Source of the DNA: a virus
Taxonomy: Duplodnaviria > Caudoviricetes
DNA length: 64,000 nucleotides
Direction: 5' to 3' (one strand)
Virus record (IMG/VR): IMGVR_UViG_3300017778_007091
Span: 1-64,000 of that record
Shown here: piece by piece, positions 36,223 to 45,783 of the stretch
Layout of the letters: every line of letters begins with the position of its first letter
Position numbering within the stretch: position 1 is the first letter of the stretch
Notes under the pieces: generated by a model
What the model was told of the DNA's origin: nothing
The model's input: only the letters and a program-made list of their open reading frames with translations
Databases searched by the model: none
Position numbers and translations under genes: made by a program

Positions 36223-36693
36223 TTAAGAAGATGTTTTTTTATCTGCAAAAGCTAACATTGCCCACTTTGATGATGACTCACCAAAAACATCTGTTGGATC
36301 ACTCTTTTGCATTGCTTTAGCAGCAGTGTCTCCTGATGACGCAACCATTAGATCTTGATTTGTTGATCTTGAATGGCCTTCATCAATAATAGGCGTTCCT
36401 CTTGTTGCGGTGTCTGCCAGCATCTCTTGGAGAATTGGGTCACTTGTTATTCCTGTTAAAGACTTTTTATCTACTATAGGCTTTCTAGACGCAGTTGTCG
36501 TCTGTTGACTTCCGCGCGGTAAAAAGCTAATTTTATCGGACACATTGCTACGCTCTTGCGGCAGTTGCATCATAGCTCTTTGTGTCGTTTTAGACTCGTT
36601 TACCTGGGCGACTGAAGTGTTTAAACCTTCAGCAAGAATTTCTATTAACGCTTCTTTTACTATAGACTTGAGATCTTCTCTTGACAACTTCAT
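36223..36693 (-). CDS. Hypothetical protein (head cluster)
   Basis: 156 aa; N-terminus MKLSREDLKSIVKEALIEILAE. Confidence 0.7.
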   Translation of the reverse strand: MKLSREDLKSIVKEALIEILAEGLNTSVAQVNESKTTQRAMMQLPQERSNVSDKISFLPRGSQQTTTASRKPIVDKKSLTGITSDPILQEMLADTATRGTPIIDEGHSRSTNQDLMVASSGDTAAKAMQKSDPTDVFGESSSKWAMLAFADKKTSS

Positions 36694-36696
36694 AGA

Positions 36697-37293
36697 TTAC
36701 CACCTTAGTACATCATTGAAGATTCTATCAACTCTGTCTGATTTATTAAAAACTCTTTTGAGATCATTAGGATTTATTGATCTTGACTCATTAATAAAAG
36801 CTCCAGGTGTTGATGGTTCTGAAACGATATCAAAACAAATTAGCTGGAAGTCTTCTTGGACAACTAGCGAACTGCCTTGTTGCTTTGTAGAGCCTACACC
36901 ACGTGAAGAAATGCCTAATGTAACGCCTGATTCTACTAAACTCTGCAGGATTTTGCCGCTAGGTGTGTCTAGGAGCTCAACGACGCCAAAGACAGTGTCA
37001 CCGTCCATCTTTGCTTCTTTGATTAGATGTGATGCATTCTTAAGCTCAACAACAGATGTGTCTGGATGATCACACTCACCAAGCGCTCTATTCTCTCGGA
37101 TAAACTTCTGGTAGTTGATTATCTCTCTTTCCAGAATTGACCTAGGATAGATTCTGCCATTTTGATTTAGCGTATCAGCACGTTGGATTACGCCTTTAAG
37201 CAAAATTTTCCCGCCGTTCATTGAACGTGATTCTTTTACTAGCGTCGGGCTGTATTGAAGAGCTGTCCACTCCTTGAGTAATGTCATTGACAT
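36697..37293 (-). CDS. gp21: Prohead core protease (T4 gp21-like)
   Basis: NQNGRIYP, ALGECDHP (His), GISSRGVGS (Ser), FDIVSEPSTPGA. Confidence 0.93.
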   Translation of the reverse strand: MSMTLLKEWTALQYSPTLVKESRSMNGGKILLKGVIQRADTLNQNGRIYPRSILEREIINYQKFIRENRALGECDHPDTSVVELKNASHLIKEAKMDGDTVFGVVELLDTPSGKILQSLVESGVTLGISSRGVGSTKQQGSSLVVQEDFQLICFDIVSEPSTPGAFINESRSINPNDLKRVFNKSDRVDRIFNDVLRW

Positions 37294-37295
37294 TT

Positions 37296-38147
37296 TTATG
37301 ACTCCTTTATTTCATTAATCATTTGTGTAAGTGTCATTAGCTTGGAAATCTTGTCATCGTCAACAGATTCAAAATCAAGAGACTTGATCTTAGACTCAAC
37401 AATAGCAGCTTTTTCAAGGACGAACTTGTCTTTCTCAGACTTTCTTAAAGCTTCTAGCGATGCTAAAGACTCTTTGACAATCTTTCTAGCTTTTTCTCTA
37501 ATCATGATGCCATCGTCATTCTGCATAGAAAAGACGTAATCACGAATCAGAGTTTTCTGCTCGAGCGTCAACTTGTCATCATATTTCTCGTTGAACTTCT
37601 CATTCATGATCTTGACGACAAGAGTGTCAACATCTTGTTTGTTACCTTCTTCAATCATATCATCATCTTTCTTGTCAGATGTTAGCCACTCAATCAGCCT
37701 TGACTCTAAGATGACCGTCTCGGTTAAATTAGACCTGTCTCCTTGCGACCACTCATTAATAGTCGATTGGATAGACGCAAAAATCCTATAGTCGGGAACT
37801 TTTCTATAATAGAAATCGACATCTACGAGCTGGTGATTAATGTCTCTGATTAGCGAAGATTTTTCCTTGATGAGTTTATCATGATTAAATCTCTTCACAG
37901 CAGATTTAGACTCATTAATGATTGCAGCTGCAACAGCGCTGTCTTTGACAGTAGATTTTGCCAATGCATTAAACAATCTAAATTCTTTATAAAGCTCAGT
38001 ATTTTGATTGTAATGCTTCGACAGAATGTCAAGTGCTTGTTGTGCTCTATTCTTTTTATCTTCTATAAGATAGGCAGAAACTGCACGTACAAGTAGTTCA
38101 TAGATTATTCCAACATTTCTCTTTTTATTATGATTCATTTTCATCAT
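37296..38147 (-). CDS. Hypothetical helical protein between portal and protease (possible prohead core component)
   Basis: 283 aa; HNKKRNVGIIYELL...ELYKEF.L; synteny. Confidence 0.65.
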   Translation of the reverse strand: MMKMNHNKKRNVGIIYELLVRAVSAYLIEDKKNRAQQALDILSKHYNQNTELYKEFRLFNALAKSTVKDSAVAAAIINESKSAVKRFNHDKLIKEKSSLIRDINHQLVDVDFYYRKVPDYRIFASIQSTINEWSQGDRSNLTETVILESRLIEWLTSDKKDDDMIEEGNKQDVDTLVVKIMNEKFNEKYDDKLTLEQKTLIRDYVFSMQNDDGIMIREKARKIVKESLASLEALRKSEKDKFVLEKAAIVESKIKSLDFESVDDDKISKLMTLTQMINEIKES

Positions 38148-40131
38148 CCCCTGATGTATTAACTGACTCAGAGTTTCTAAATTCTGATTTTTTGACTGAT
38201 CTTATGATTGACGCTATCTCTGACATTCTAGTGTTTTGATTTTTACTTTTCTCTGCTAAATATTCGTCTAAATCGTAATCATCACTTTCGTCCATTGGAT
38301 TTTTAAAAGGATTTATAAGGTCGCTCTTTGCGCCAAATGGATGTGAGATAGAATCTGTTTGCTTGTTTGTATGTTTTGTAAGCCTTGAATGATCAACATC
38401 TTGATTTAGAGGGTTCTTGCGGCGATTCCTATTCTTGATATCTCTCTGGACATAATTTGCCCCAGGTGCTGTCTCGCCTAAAAGGCTTTTCTTTAGCGAT
38501 AAATTCGCGCTAGGTCTAATTGGTCTACCTGACGTTGCAAAATCATTTAATGAGACTAAGTTATCAAAATCGTCATCGTCGTCAGACTCTTCAAGCGGAG
38601 GCGTCGGTGCTCCGCCTGGAGCTCCAATGTCTGTTGGTGGGCCTCCCATTCCTTCGCCTTCGGCACCCGTGGAAGCGCCGCCCGGAGGCTCTATTCCGAT
38701 ATCCTGTTCTCCTGGTGCAGGATCAGGTAGCTTGACTGCTTCAATCTTGAGAGCCATTTCCTTGTCTTTGATTAAGCCTTTTTCAATAGCTCTGATTTCT
38801 TCGTCAGTCATCATGAAGACGTTCTTTCTGATCCATCTTTTATCAACAAGGCTTTCAACACCTGCTGCAGACTGTGCAATAGTAAATTTTGTCGTATATA
38901 GTTCAAGCTTCTGCTGTTGCGCTATTGTCGATGGATTGGTCAGTTTAAGTTCAAAATCAAGAAGATCAGAACCATCAAAACCGTGCGCGTGAAGATGAAT
39001 AATTGCGATCTTGTTCAACTCAGAAAGTATCGTACGCTGAATCCTGTTGATTGAACGTGAGAACCTAATGTCTTCTTGTGATAGTGTGGCCTTTGCTCCG
39101 AGGCCCTCATCGTAACCCAAGTATGCCTTCGGGATCTTTAATGCAGCAAATAACTTTTTCTGGATGTATTGAACATCTTCAATCGCTGCGGCGTTTGCAC
39201 CACCTGCAAGTGGCTCGATCTTTGTTCCAGATGCAGCGCCTCGAACTGGGAGAAAGTAGTCTTCATCAACCGACAGCGGATTATACCGAAGGTCAACTCT
39301 GCCTGTAGTTTTATCGACAACTTGATTCTTCTTAAGCTGCGTCTGAGCTTGCTCAACATAGTTAGGAATCTCTTCAGGTGGAATATTTCCAACGTCAATA
39401 TAGAAGACGCGGCGATCTGGTGCTCGAACAATTCGATATACAAGCATTGCATCTTCTACAAGAATTAGCTGGCGCCAAATTCTTCTAGCAGCTTCAAGTA
39501 CTGAAGTTCCGTAAGGCAAGAATGCGTCATTACCAAGAATTCTAAAATGGCTTACTTGCCAATTCTCAAGAATCTGGTTGCCTTGTGTCATCCACCTAAA
39601 TCTGACTGCAAGTGGGTCATCTTTGTCGAATCCTTCTTCACGCTCGATCTCATTAACTGCAATCGGGTAAACATTGATGACGCCTTGGTCGGGAGAAACG
39701 TCATTAAACAGGAAGAAGTCGCCGTATTTACACATATTCCTGACCCAAGATGTCAGGTTGAAATTAACGTTAAGCGTATCGTAAAATAACTCATTTAGAA
39801 GCCTGTTGACGTTAGGATTTTCTGAGTAAATGTGTAGCACGTTACCCAACTCATCGGGAGCAACAGATTCTTCGGCATAAATGTCAAGAGCGCTACAGAT
39901 TTCTGGTGTGTACTCCATCTCTTGGAAGTCAGAGTATCTTGCCATTCTATCGTAGGAACCGTAAGCAGACATTGCTGAGCTGTACACGTGCGACTGTGTC
40001 TTTCTAAAGAGCTCAAATGCTGTCGTATTTTTTGCGCTAGGCTTAAAATCTTTGACTCTGCGCTTGACAACGGGACCGCTCCTAAACAGCGATGTCAATC
40101 TTGAAAATATATTCTCTTCTTTCTTCGCCAT
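38128..40131 (-). CDS. gp20: Portal protein (T4 gp20-like)
   Basis: ALDIYAEE, EDAMLVYRIVRAPDRRVFYIDVGN.P, EDYFLPVRG, KKLFAALKIPKAYL. Confidence 0.95.
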   Translation of the reverse strand: MAKKEENIFSRLTSLFRSGPVVKRRVKDFKPSAKNTTAFELFRKTQSHVYSSAMSAYGSYDRMARYSDFQEMEYTPEICSALDIYAEESVAPDELGNVLHIYSENPNVNRLLNELFYDTLNVNFNLTSWVRNMCKYGDFFLFNDVSPDQGVINVYPIAVNEIEREEGFDKDDPLAVRFRWMTQGNQILENWQVSHFRILGNDAFLPYGTSVLEAARRIWRQLILVEDAMLVYRIVRAPDRRVFYIDVGNIPPEEIPNYVEQAQTQLKKNQVVDKTTGRVDLRYNPLSVDEDYFLPVRGAASGTKIEPLAGGANAAAIEDVQYIQKKLFAALKIPKAYLGYDEGLGAKATLSQEDIRFSRSINRIQRTILSELNKIAIIHLHAHGFDGSDLLDFELKLTNPSTIAQQQKLELYTTKFTIAQSAAGVESLVDKRWIRKNVFMMTDEEIRAIEKGLIKDKEMALKIEAVKLPDPAPGEQDIGIEPPGGASTGAEGEGMGGPPTDIGAPGGAPTPPLEESDDDDDFDNLVSLNDFATSGRPIRPSANLSLKKSLLGETAPGANYVQRDIKNRNRRKNPLNQDVDHSRLTKHTNKQTDSISHPFGAKSDLINPFKNPMDESDDYDLDEYLAEKSKNQNTRMSEIASIIRSVKKSEFRNSESVNTSGDDENES

Positions 40132-40141
40132 AATTTAGTTC

Positions 40142-41743
40142 CTATTTGTAGATCCAGGCAAACTCAGGTGGTATGTTGTACCTATTCATCGATCGAGGAC
40201 CAACAAGGTCTCTCTTAGACTCAGCCTTTCGACGACTTTCGCCATTCATAACATCATTTGCAGCACCATTGAATGTCTGACTCTTGATTGACATTGCAGC
40301 TAGCATTGCTTGATTCAAGGCATTTGTGTCTTTTCCATATTCAGCTGAAGCATCAAATAACCAACAACAAATTGCCATACTCATAACGAGATCATCGTTC
40401 TCGCCTTTCATAGCTTGGACTCGGTTGTCATTCCACACAAACGTCTTTAGTTCATCATAAAACCTAGATGAGAAAGATATAATCTGTTTGTTCCTAATAA
40501 GCTCTTCAAGTTTTGTAAGGATTAAAGATCGTGTCTTGCCGCTAGTATTAAATCCTGCCGTCGAAGTCTCACCAGGTGGAATGTAGTCTCCGATATAAAC
40601 TGCATTACTCTTTTGGTAATACATCTTAGGATAATTTAAATCTCTAAGCCTGACTATGGTCGCATACCCAAAGCTGTTATTCTCTGGACAGAGAAGCGCT
40701 TTATTGTAGAGCAGTCCATATTCGCTAAGTAGATCACCAAATCGGTCAGGTGCTATTTTTCCACGGTACTCTGCGGCAATTTCGCCAGTTGTGACATCAA
40801 TTATGTGAAATGTAGAAAAGTCTTTTCCGTCGCCACGTGCGACATCTGCAGACATGACATACTTCTTTTCTGATAGTGGCCTTGACCAAATCCACACGTT
40901 TCGATCAAAGCCTTCTCTTGCAATTGGATTTCTAATCTGTGAATGTAGCCATTTCAGATCATCATCACCTAAAAATGTCTCTCCAGATGATGCAAAATCG
41001 CACAAGTATTCCTGCGCAATTTGGCGAATTGAAAGATTTCTAGTTTCTTTGTCAAACCATTCTTGATCTCGTTCAGGATGAACATCCCAATTAAGCTTAA
41101 TTGGCTTGAACTCATTAAGTCCTGCCTCAGCATCTTTGTACAACTTGTAATACTGACCACCGACGCCATTGGGCGTAGAAAGTAGAATTGCTCTACCGCC
41201 TGTTGTCAGCGTCGGGTATAGACCAGTCCAAAGAGTGTCGAAGTCTCTAACGAACGCTGCTTCGTCTACGATTAAAAGTGACAAAGCTTCAGAGCGGCCA
41301 GCGTCTTCTGACGTTGGAATAGCCTTGATTGTAGAGCCATGGCTAAATTCAACAAGTTGTTTATTGTTAGCTGTAACAGATGGCAGCACTAACCAGGCTG
41401 GCAAATTATTAATAATAGTTTTGGATTTCTTAATAAAGTTCTGCGCAACTTGCAATTTTGTTGCAATGATCAGAATGTTCTTGTCTTTTTGAAAGAGCGC
41501 AATCCACACTGCATAAGCAGCAACAAGCGTTGAAAGACCTAACTGTCTACCTTTCACAACAATCGTGAATCTATGATCAATAAACTCTTTGACACAATCA
41601 TCTTGAAATGGGAAAGTCTTAAAAGGAATCGTTCCTTTTGTTGGATGTTGTATCTTTACGTAATTATTGAAGAAATAAGTCGGATCTCTACCACATCTTA
41701 TAATTTCTGCAACTTGGTGTGACTTGTTTGTAACAGCCATCAA
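40142..41743 (-). CDS. terL: Terminase large subunit (T4 gp17-like)
   Basis: KGRQLGLST Walker A, IVDEAAF Walker B, STPNG, nuclease domain ADVARGDGKDFS and DDLVMS. Confidence 0.96.
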   Translation of the reverse strand: MMAVTNKSHQVAEIIRCGRDPTYFFNNYVKIQHPTKGTIPFKTFPFQDDCVKEFIDHRFTIVVKGRQLGLSTLVAAYAVWIALFQKDKNILIIATKLQVAQNFIKKSKTIINNLPAWLVLPSVTANNKQLVEFSHGSTIKAIPTSEDAGRSEALSLLIVDEAAFVRDFDTLWTGLYPTLTTGGRAILLSTPNGVGGQYYKLYKDAEAGLNEFKPIKLNWDVHPERDQEWFDKETRNLSIRQIAQEYLCDFASSGETFLGDDDLKWLHSQIRNPIAREGFDRNVWIWSRPLSEKKYVMSADVARGDGKDFSTFHIIDVTTGEIAAEYRGKIAPDRFGDLLSEYGLLYNKALLCPENNSFGYATIVRLRDLNYPKMYYQKSNAVYIGDYIPPGETSTAGFNTSGKTRSLILTKLEELIRNKQIISFSSRFYDELKTFVWNDNRVQAMKGENDDLVMSMAICCWLFDASAEYGKDTNALNQAMLAAMSIKSQTFNGAANDVMNGESRRKAESKRDLVGPRSMNRYNIPPEFAWIYK

Positions 41744-42120
41744 TCACCAATTGTATAAACGGCTCTTCTTCGATAGTAAGCAGTCTTTTTAGGATTGTAG
41801 GGTGACATGTTCAGAAGTTCGATCTCACCTGACGAATCTCCTTTCTTGAGTTTTAAGGAGGATCCTGCTGCAGATTTGTAATCTTTCTTAACAGTGTCAA
41901 TAAAGTCAGAAATAAGCTTCTCAGAAATTCTCTCTTGTTCACGTGTCTGATCTTTCATAGGCGCATCACCTACGAAATTAACTATTGTCGTGTAAGTTAC
42001 GTTAATTCTATTTCCTGCAATAGACGACTTTATCGAGATTGTTCCTGTTTTTGACATTGACGAGCGTCCAAATGTTGTATCAAGAATCTGGCCGAGTATA
42101 TTAACCTGTTCGAATGTCAT
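41740..42120 (-). CDS. Hypothetical protein
   Basis: 126 aa, translationally coupled to terL. Confidence 0.65.
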   Translation of the reverse strand: MTFEQVNILGQILDTTFGRSSMSKTGTISIKSSIAGNRINVTYTTIVNFVGDAPMKDQTREQERISEKLISDFIDTVKKDYKSAAGSSLKLKKGDSSGEIELLNMSPYNPKKTAYYRRRAVYTIGD

Positions 42121-42343
42121 ATTGTTGTTCCTTTCTTGCTCTGATTAGTGAAATTCTATCTCTTATATATTTATCAATTTCTTCTTTATTTGGGCGCCAT
42201 CCTGCCTTCCATTTTTCGCGGTCGGTTTCGGCCCATTGCATGGCACAATTTCTGCAGCACGTAAATTCAGCATAGTAAAGTTTATCAATGTTGTAGTTCA
42301 AAGAAACTTTACAGACATCGCAAAATAGAGGCATTTTACTCAT
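42101..42343 (-). CDS. Small putative Zn-finger protein
   Basis: CDVC...CCRNC, W..GWRP; overlaps both neighbours. Confidence 0.6.
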   Translation of the reverse strand: MSKMPLFCDVCKVSLNYNIDKLYYAEFTCCRNCAMQWAETDREKWKAGWRPNKEEIDKYIRDRISLIRARKEQQYDIRTG

Positions 42344-45300
42344 GGCTGACTTTTGCTTTACCCGATGTTGTATCGATGCTTAAAACATTGTCAACGATGT
42401 CTTTGATTGCGTCGACATGTGAAATGATCATGATCTTCCTGAAGTAGTTTTTAAGGTTCTGGAGAAGACGAGCACAAGATTCTAAGTTGCTTTCGTCTAG
42501 AACACCAAATCCTTCATCAATAATAAGCATGTCAGACTTTGGTAAAGATGAAATGCTTGTCAAAGCAACTCTAATTGCTATTGAAGAAATCATCTTTTCC
42601 ATGCCAGATCCTAACTCAATTATTCTCTTCCTGTCACCATAGTTTATGTAAATCTCTATTGAATTTGAATCATCACATTCAATTTCAACAGTGAAACCAG
42701 AAATTCCGGTTAGAATCTTTGAGATCTCGCTATTAATCAAAGGAAGATTTTTTGCGATTATATTTTGCGGTATACCTTTCTTTGAAAATGCATTCTCAAG
42801 AAGCGTCAAGATTTCAAAACGTTCCAAGCTGGACTTAAGAGTTAGAATTTGTTGCTCATTATTCGCAATTTTCTCCGTGATTCTACCTAAAGTTGATGCT
42901 GCAGAAAAAGCCTCATCTTCTAATGACTTGATTCTTTCTTTAAGGTCAATACAGGTCTGGTGAGTCTCACTTATACCTGTCTCATTTTGATCTTTGAATT
43001 TTCTTAAAGATTCTTTATACTCAAGTTGTGCAGATTGAATTAAAACATTCTTTGAGGTAAGACGCTCTGTTATGAGTTCTATCTGTGATGTTGTGTAAAC
43101 ACGCTTATTTTCAAGATCTTTTTCCAGAGTTACAAGCTTGTTAATTTTATCAATTTTAGCTTTGATTTCTTCTTTACTTGTCTCAGAAAGCTTTTCTTTA
43201 AGTACGTCAAGTGTTCTCTGGACTAAAGCTCTAGTGTCTTCTTCAATTTCAAGAATCTTTTTGCTATTATGGGCATCTTTGATAAAAATGCATGAAGAAA
43301 ATTGATCACCGCAGGGGACTTGATCTAGGATTCCGATATTTCTTTTAATCTTCTCAAGCTCTTTATCTTTAGATTCAAGATCTTTTAGATTTATTGCATA
43401 CTTCATTTCAAGATCTGCGATTGAGTCGTGCTCTTTTTGGAGTTGGTCAACACTAAAAGTACTTCTCACATCATTGATCTTCTCAATCTTGTCATCATAC
43501 GTTTTGATAGATTCCTTGTGGTCTTCTATCGTCTTTTGCAGTTGCTCGATCTCTTTTTGCAGCTTATCAATCTTTGACGAGATAGACTTGATGTCAGACT
43601 CAGTGACAATATTCTCTGAGTCTGATGTTGACATCTTTGACAGTTTTTGTCGATTATTAGTGATTTCCTGCTTTAGAAGATCAGATTTTTCTTCTAACAT
43701 CAGCTTGTCGTTGATAAGCTTATCGCATGTCTGGCGAAGTAGATCTAATCCTGCTGTTGACTTAATTGCAGACTTTAATGGGCTTAAGTCTTGTTTAACT
43801 ACTTCAAGATACTTGTCAAATATGTCAAGATCTAGAAATCTACTAAGAATCTGCTTCCGGCTGGTAGATTTTTCGTTAATGAACATATTCATTTGCCCTT
43901 GCGGGGCAAGGCATGTGTAGAAAAAATCGTCAGATGTTCCAATCAGCTTTCTAACAAGCTTCTCTGTCTCTCTGCGCTGCTCGTCATTAAGATCTTGAAT
44001 TACGTCACCTGTACTCTTTTTCTTGAGTGAAAGTGTTGTATTTGCCCAGACCTCACCTTTCTTTGGATAGTTCTTTGTCGATTCTCTTGTGATTTCGTAG
44101 TCTTCGCCTGCAACTGAAAGGTTGATCTTGCTCTTGCATGATTCTTCATCAGCATTGATGATGTGCAAATTTTTCATTGCGCCACGATCTGAAGTGTTGA
44201 ACAGGTTATAAACAATTGTTCCAATTATCGATGACTTGCCTGTCCTATTCTTGCCAAAGATTCCTGTGATGCCTTGCAAATTTTCAAAGTTAATGACGTT
44301 ATCTTTGCCGTAAGTAAAGACATTGTCAAACTCAATATTCTTTAAGCTCCATGACACATTTCTTGCAACTTCATCATCAAATGTAACAGAATCAAAATAT
44401 TTGTCAAATTCTTGAAGTGCATGAGTGATTTTTACATCTTCAACAGCGCGCTCTTTGAGATATGACTCAATGACGCTCTTGATAGAGTCTCTGTCTCTTA
44501 GATTGGAGCTTTTAAGATTAGAGATTATTACGTCGTCTTTCTTCTCTGTTCGGGCATCAATCTTGAAAACAACTTCAGAAAAGTTCTTAAGTTTAAGAGC
44601 CATATCATGCAAGCTTCTTGCATCAATATCTGCCGTTTCAGATGGTAAATTAAACCTAACGCGAGCTGTTTCAGGAACACTTGAAAGCTTATCAATTGTT
44701 GTTAAAACATTCCCGGCCCAATCAATGTTTATGAAAGGGTAATCATTTTTAACTTCAATGAATTTAGCAGAGAACTTATTCTTATTCTTAATGTCCCAAA
44801 ATAAGAAACCTTTTTCGAGGTCTTCACCGTAGTTTTGCTGGATTGTTGAACCACAGTAAGCAATTGTCTCTGCATCATTTAGAAATTGCCTGCGATGAAT
44901 GTCGCCAAGCAGAGAAAAATCAAATTTTTCAAACATGTCAAGCGTAACTTCGCCCTGGATATCAAAATCACTATCAGACTTTGATCCTCTAACAGCGCCG
45001 TGGTAAAATGCGACATTGATCGAGCCTCTTACAGGCTTTATGTCAGACCAACCTTCTTCGTCAAAGGGAGAAAAGACACACCACTTGAAACCTTCAATAG
45101 GTGCATCATAAATGCCTGACTTTTTAAAGAGCCTGATTCTTGGGTTATTAAGTGCCGAGATAACAGGCGTGATGGCATCTTGCCTATCTTTGTTAAGAAG
45201 CAAGCCGTCGTGATTACCTAAGATTATATCGACAGGGGCAATCTCTGCAAGTCCGTTGAACCACCACGTTAGAATCTCGATTAACTCTGGTGTAATTCCT

Positions 45301-45452
45301 TGTGTCTTAGAGTGGACAATGTCGCCTCCGATATAGATTACGTCAGGACCCAGCTTTTTGAGCTTATTAAAGGCATCTGCAAAAGATGCGCGATATTCAC
45401 TGTGGCGAGAAAGTCCTCTAAAATGAACATCTGCGAAGTGTGCAATTTTCAT
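42336..45452 (-). CDS. Fused SbcD/Mre11 nuclease and SbcC/Rad50 ABC-ATPase (gp47-gp46 equivalent)
   Basis: N-terminal ADVH, GDIVH, GNHD, FYHG, GDIH; then Walker A GKNRTGKSS, coiled coil with central Cys pair, signature LGSGME, Walker B IIDEGFG, H-loop IISH; one uninterrupted 1038-aa ORF. Confidence 0.92.
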   Translation of the reverse strand: MKIAHFADVHFRGLSRHSEYRASFADAFNKLKKLGPDVIYIGGDIVHSKTQGITPELIEILTWWFNGLAEIAPVDIILGNHDGLLLNKDRQDAITPVISALNNPRIRLFKKSGIYDAPIEGFKWCVFSPFDEEGWSDIKPVRGSINVAFYHGAVRGSKSDSDFDIQGEVTLDMFEKFDFSLLGDIHRRQFLNDAETIAYCGSTIQQNYGEDLEKGFLFWDIKNKNKFSAKFIEVKNDYPFINIDWAGNVLTTIDKLSSVPETARVRFNLPSETADIDARSLHDMALKLKNFSEVVFKIDARTEKKDDVIISNLKSSNLRDRDSIKSVIESYLKERAVEDVKITHALQEFDKYFDSVTFDDEVARNVSWSLKNIEFDNVFTYGKDNVINFENLQGITGIFGKNRTGKSSIIGTIVYNLFNTSDRGAMKNLHIINADEESCKSKINLSVAGEDYEITRESTKNYPKKGEVWANTTLSLKKKSTGDVIQDLNDEQRRETEKLVRKLIGTSDDFFYTCLAPQGQMNMFINEKSTSRKQILSRFLDLDIFDKYLEVVKQDLSPLKSAIKSTAGLDLLRQTCDKLINDKLMLEEKSDLLKQEITNNRQKLSKMSTSDSENIVTESDIKSISSKIDKLQKEIEQLQKTIEDHKESIKTYDDKIEKINDVRSTFSVDQLQKEHDSIADLEMKYAINLKDLESKDKELEKIKRNIGILDQVPCGDQFSSCIFIKDAHNSKKILEIEEDTRALVQRTLDVLKEKLSETSKEEIKAKIDKINKLVTLEKDLENKRVYTTSQIELITERLTSKNVLIQSAQLEYKESLRKFKDQNETGISETHQTCIDLKERIKSLEDEAFSAASTLGRITEKIANNEQQILTLKSSLERFEILTLLENAFSKKGIPQNIIAKNLPLINSEISKILTGISGFTVEIECDDSNSIEIYINYGDRKRIIELGSGMEKMISSIAIRVALTSISSLPKSDMLIIDEGFGVLDESNLESCARLLQNLKNYFRKIMIISHVDAIKDIVDNVLSIDTTSGKAKVSHE

Positions 45453-45458
45453 ATCTTA

Positions 45459-45486
45459 ATATTAACTTGAATTTGATCTTTTTACT
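45459..45486 (-). promoter_or_regulatory. Putative middle promoter AGTAAA-N16-TAATAT, 6 nt upstream of the SbcCD ATG
   Basis: Same architecture as the primase and polA promoters. Confidence 0.45.
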
Positions 45487-45772
45487 CTGCCCTGGTAGCT
45501 AAATTAGAAGTTTCTTTCTTGAGATTACTCAAGATCTGTTCAATTTCCGGATCCTCGTAATCATCACCGAGATTGTCGTATGCTGAAATTAATCCATTGA
45601 TTATTTCATAAAGGTCGTGCCTAAGAGCGCCTGGATCTTTATTTCCTTGCAAAACAATTCCATCATTTTCAGTGTTGTCAACAAGATCAAAGTTTTTCCT
45701 CACCTTGAAGACAGCATCGTCGTTTAACACACTAATCATTTCGCGAATATATGCACGTAGTTCATTTGTCAT
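45482..45772 (-). CDS. Small acidic hypothetical protein, possible internal head protein
   Basis: 96 aa; GATAATTA 5 nt before ATG; N-terminus ELRAYIREMI. Confidence 0.7.
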   Translation of the reverse strand: MTNELRAYIREMISVLNDDAVFKVRKNFDLVDNTENDGIVLQGNKDPGALRHDLYEIINGLISAYDNLGDDYEDPEIEQILSNLKKETSNLATRAE

Positions 45773-45783
45773 ATGACTAATTA

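Noticed and set aside
1-41743. Inteins or group I introns in nrdJ, helicase, recA, portal or terL
   Set aside because: Lengths are normal and motifs are contiguous; no intein splice-junction or homing-endonuclease signatures seen in the visible parts
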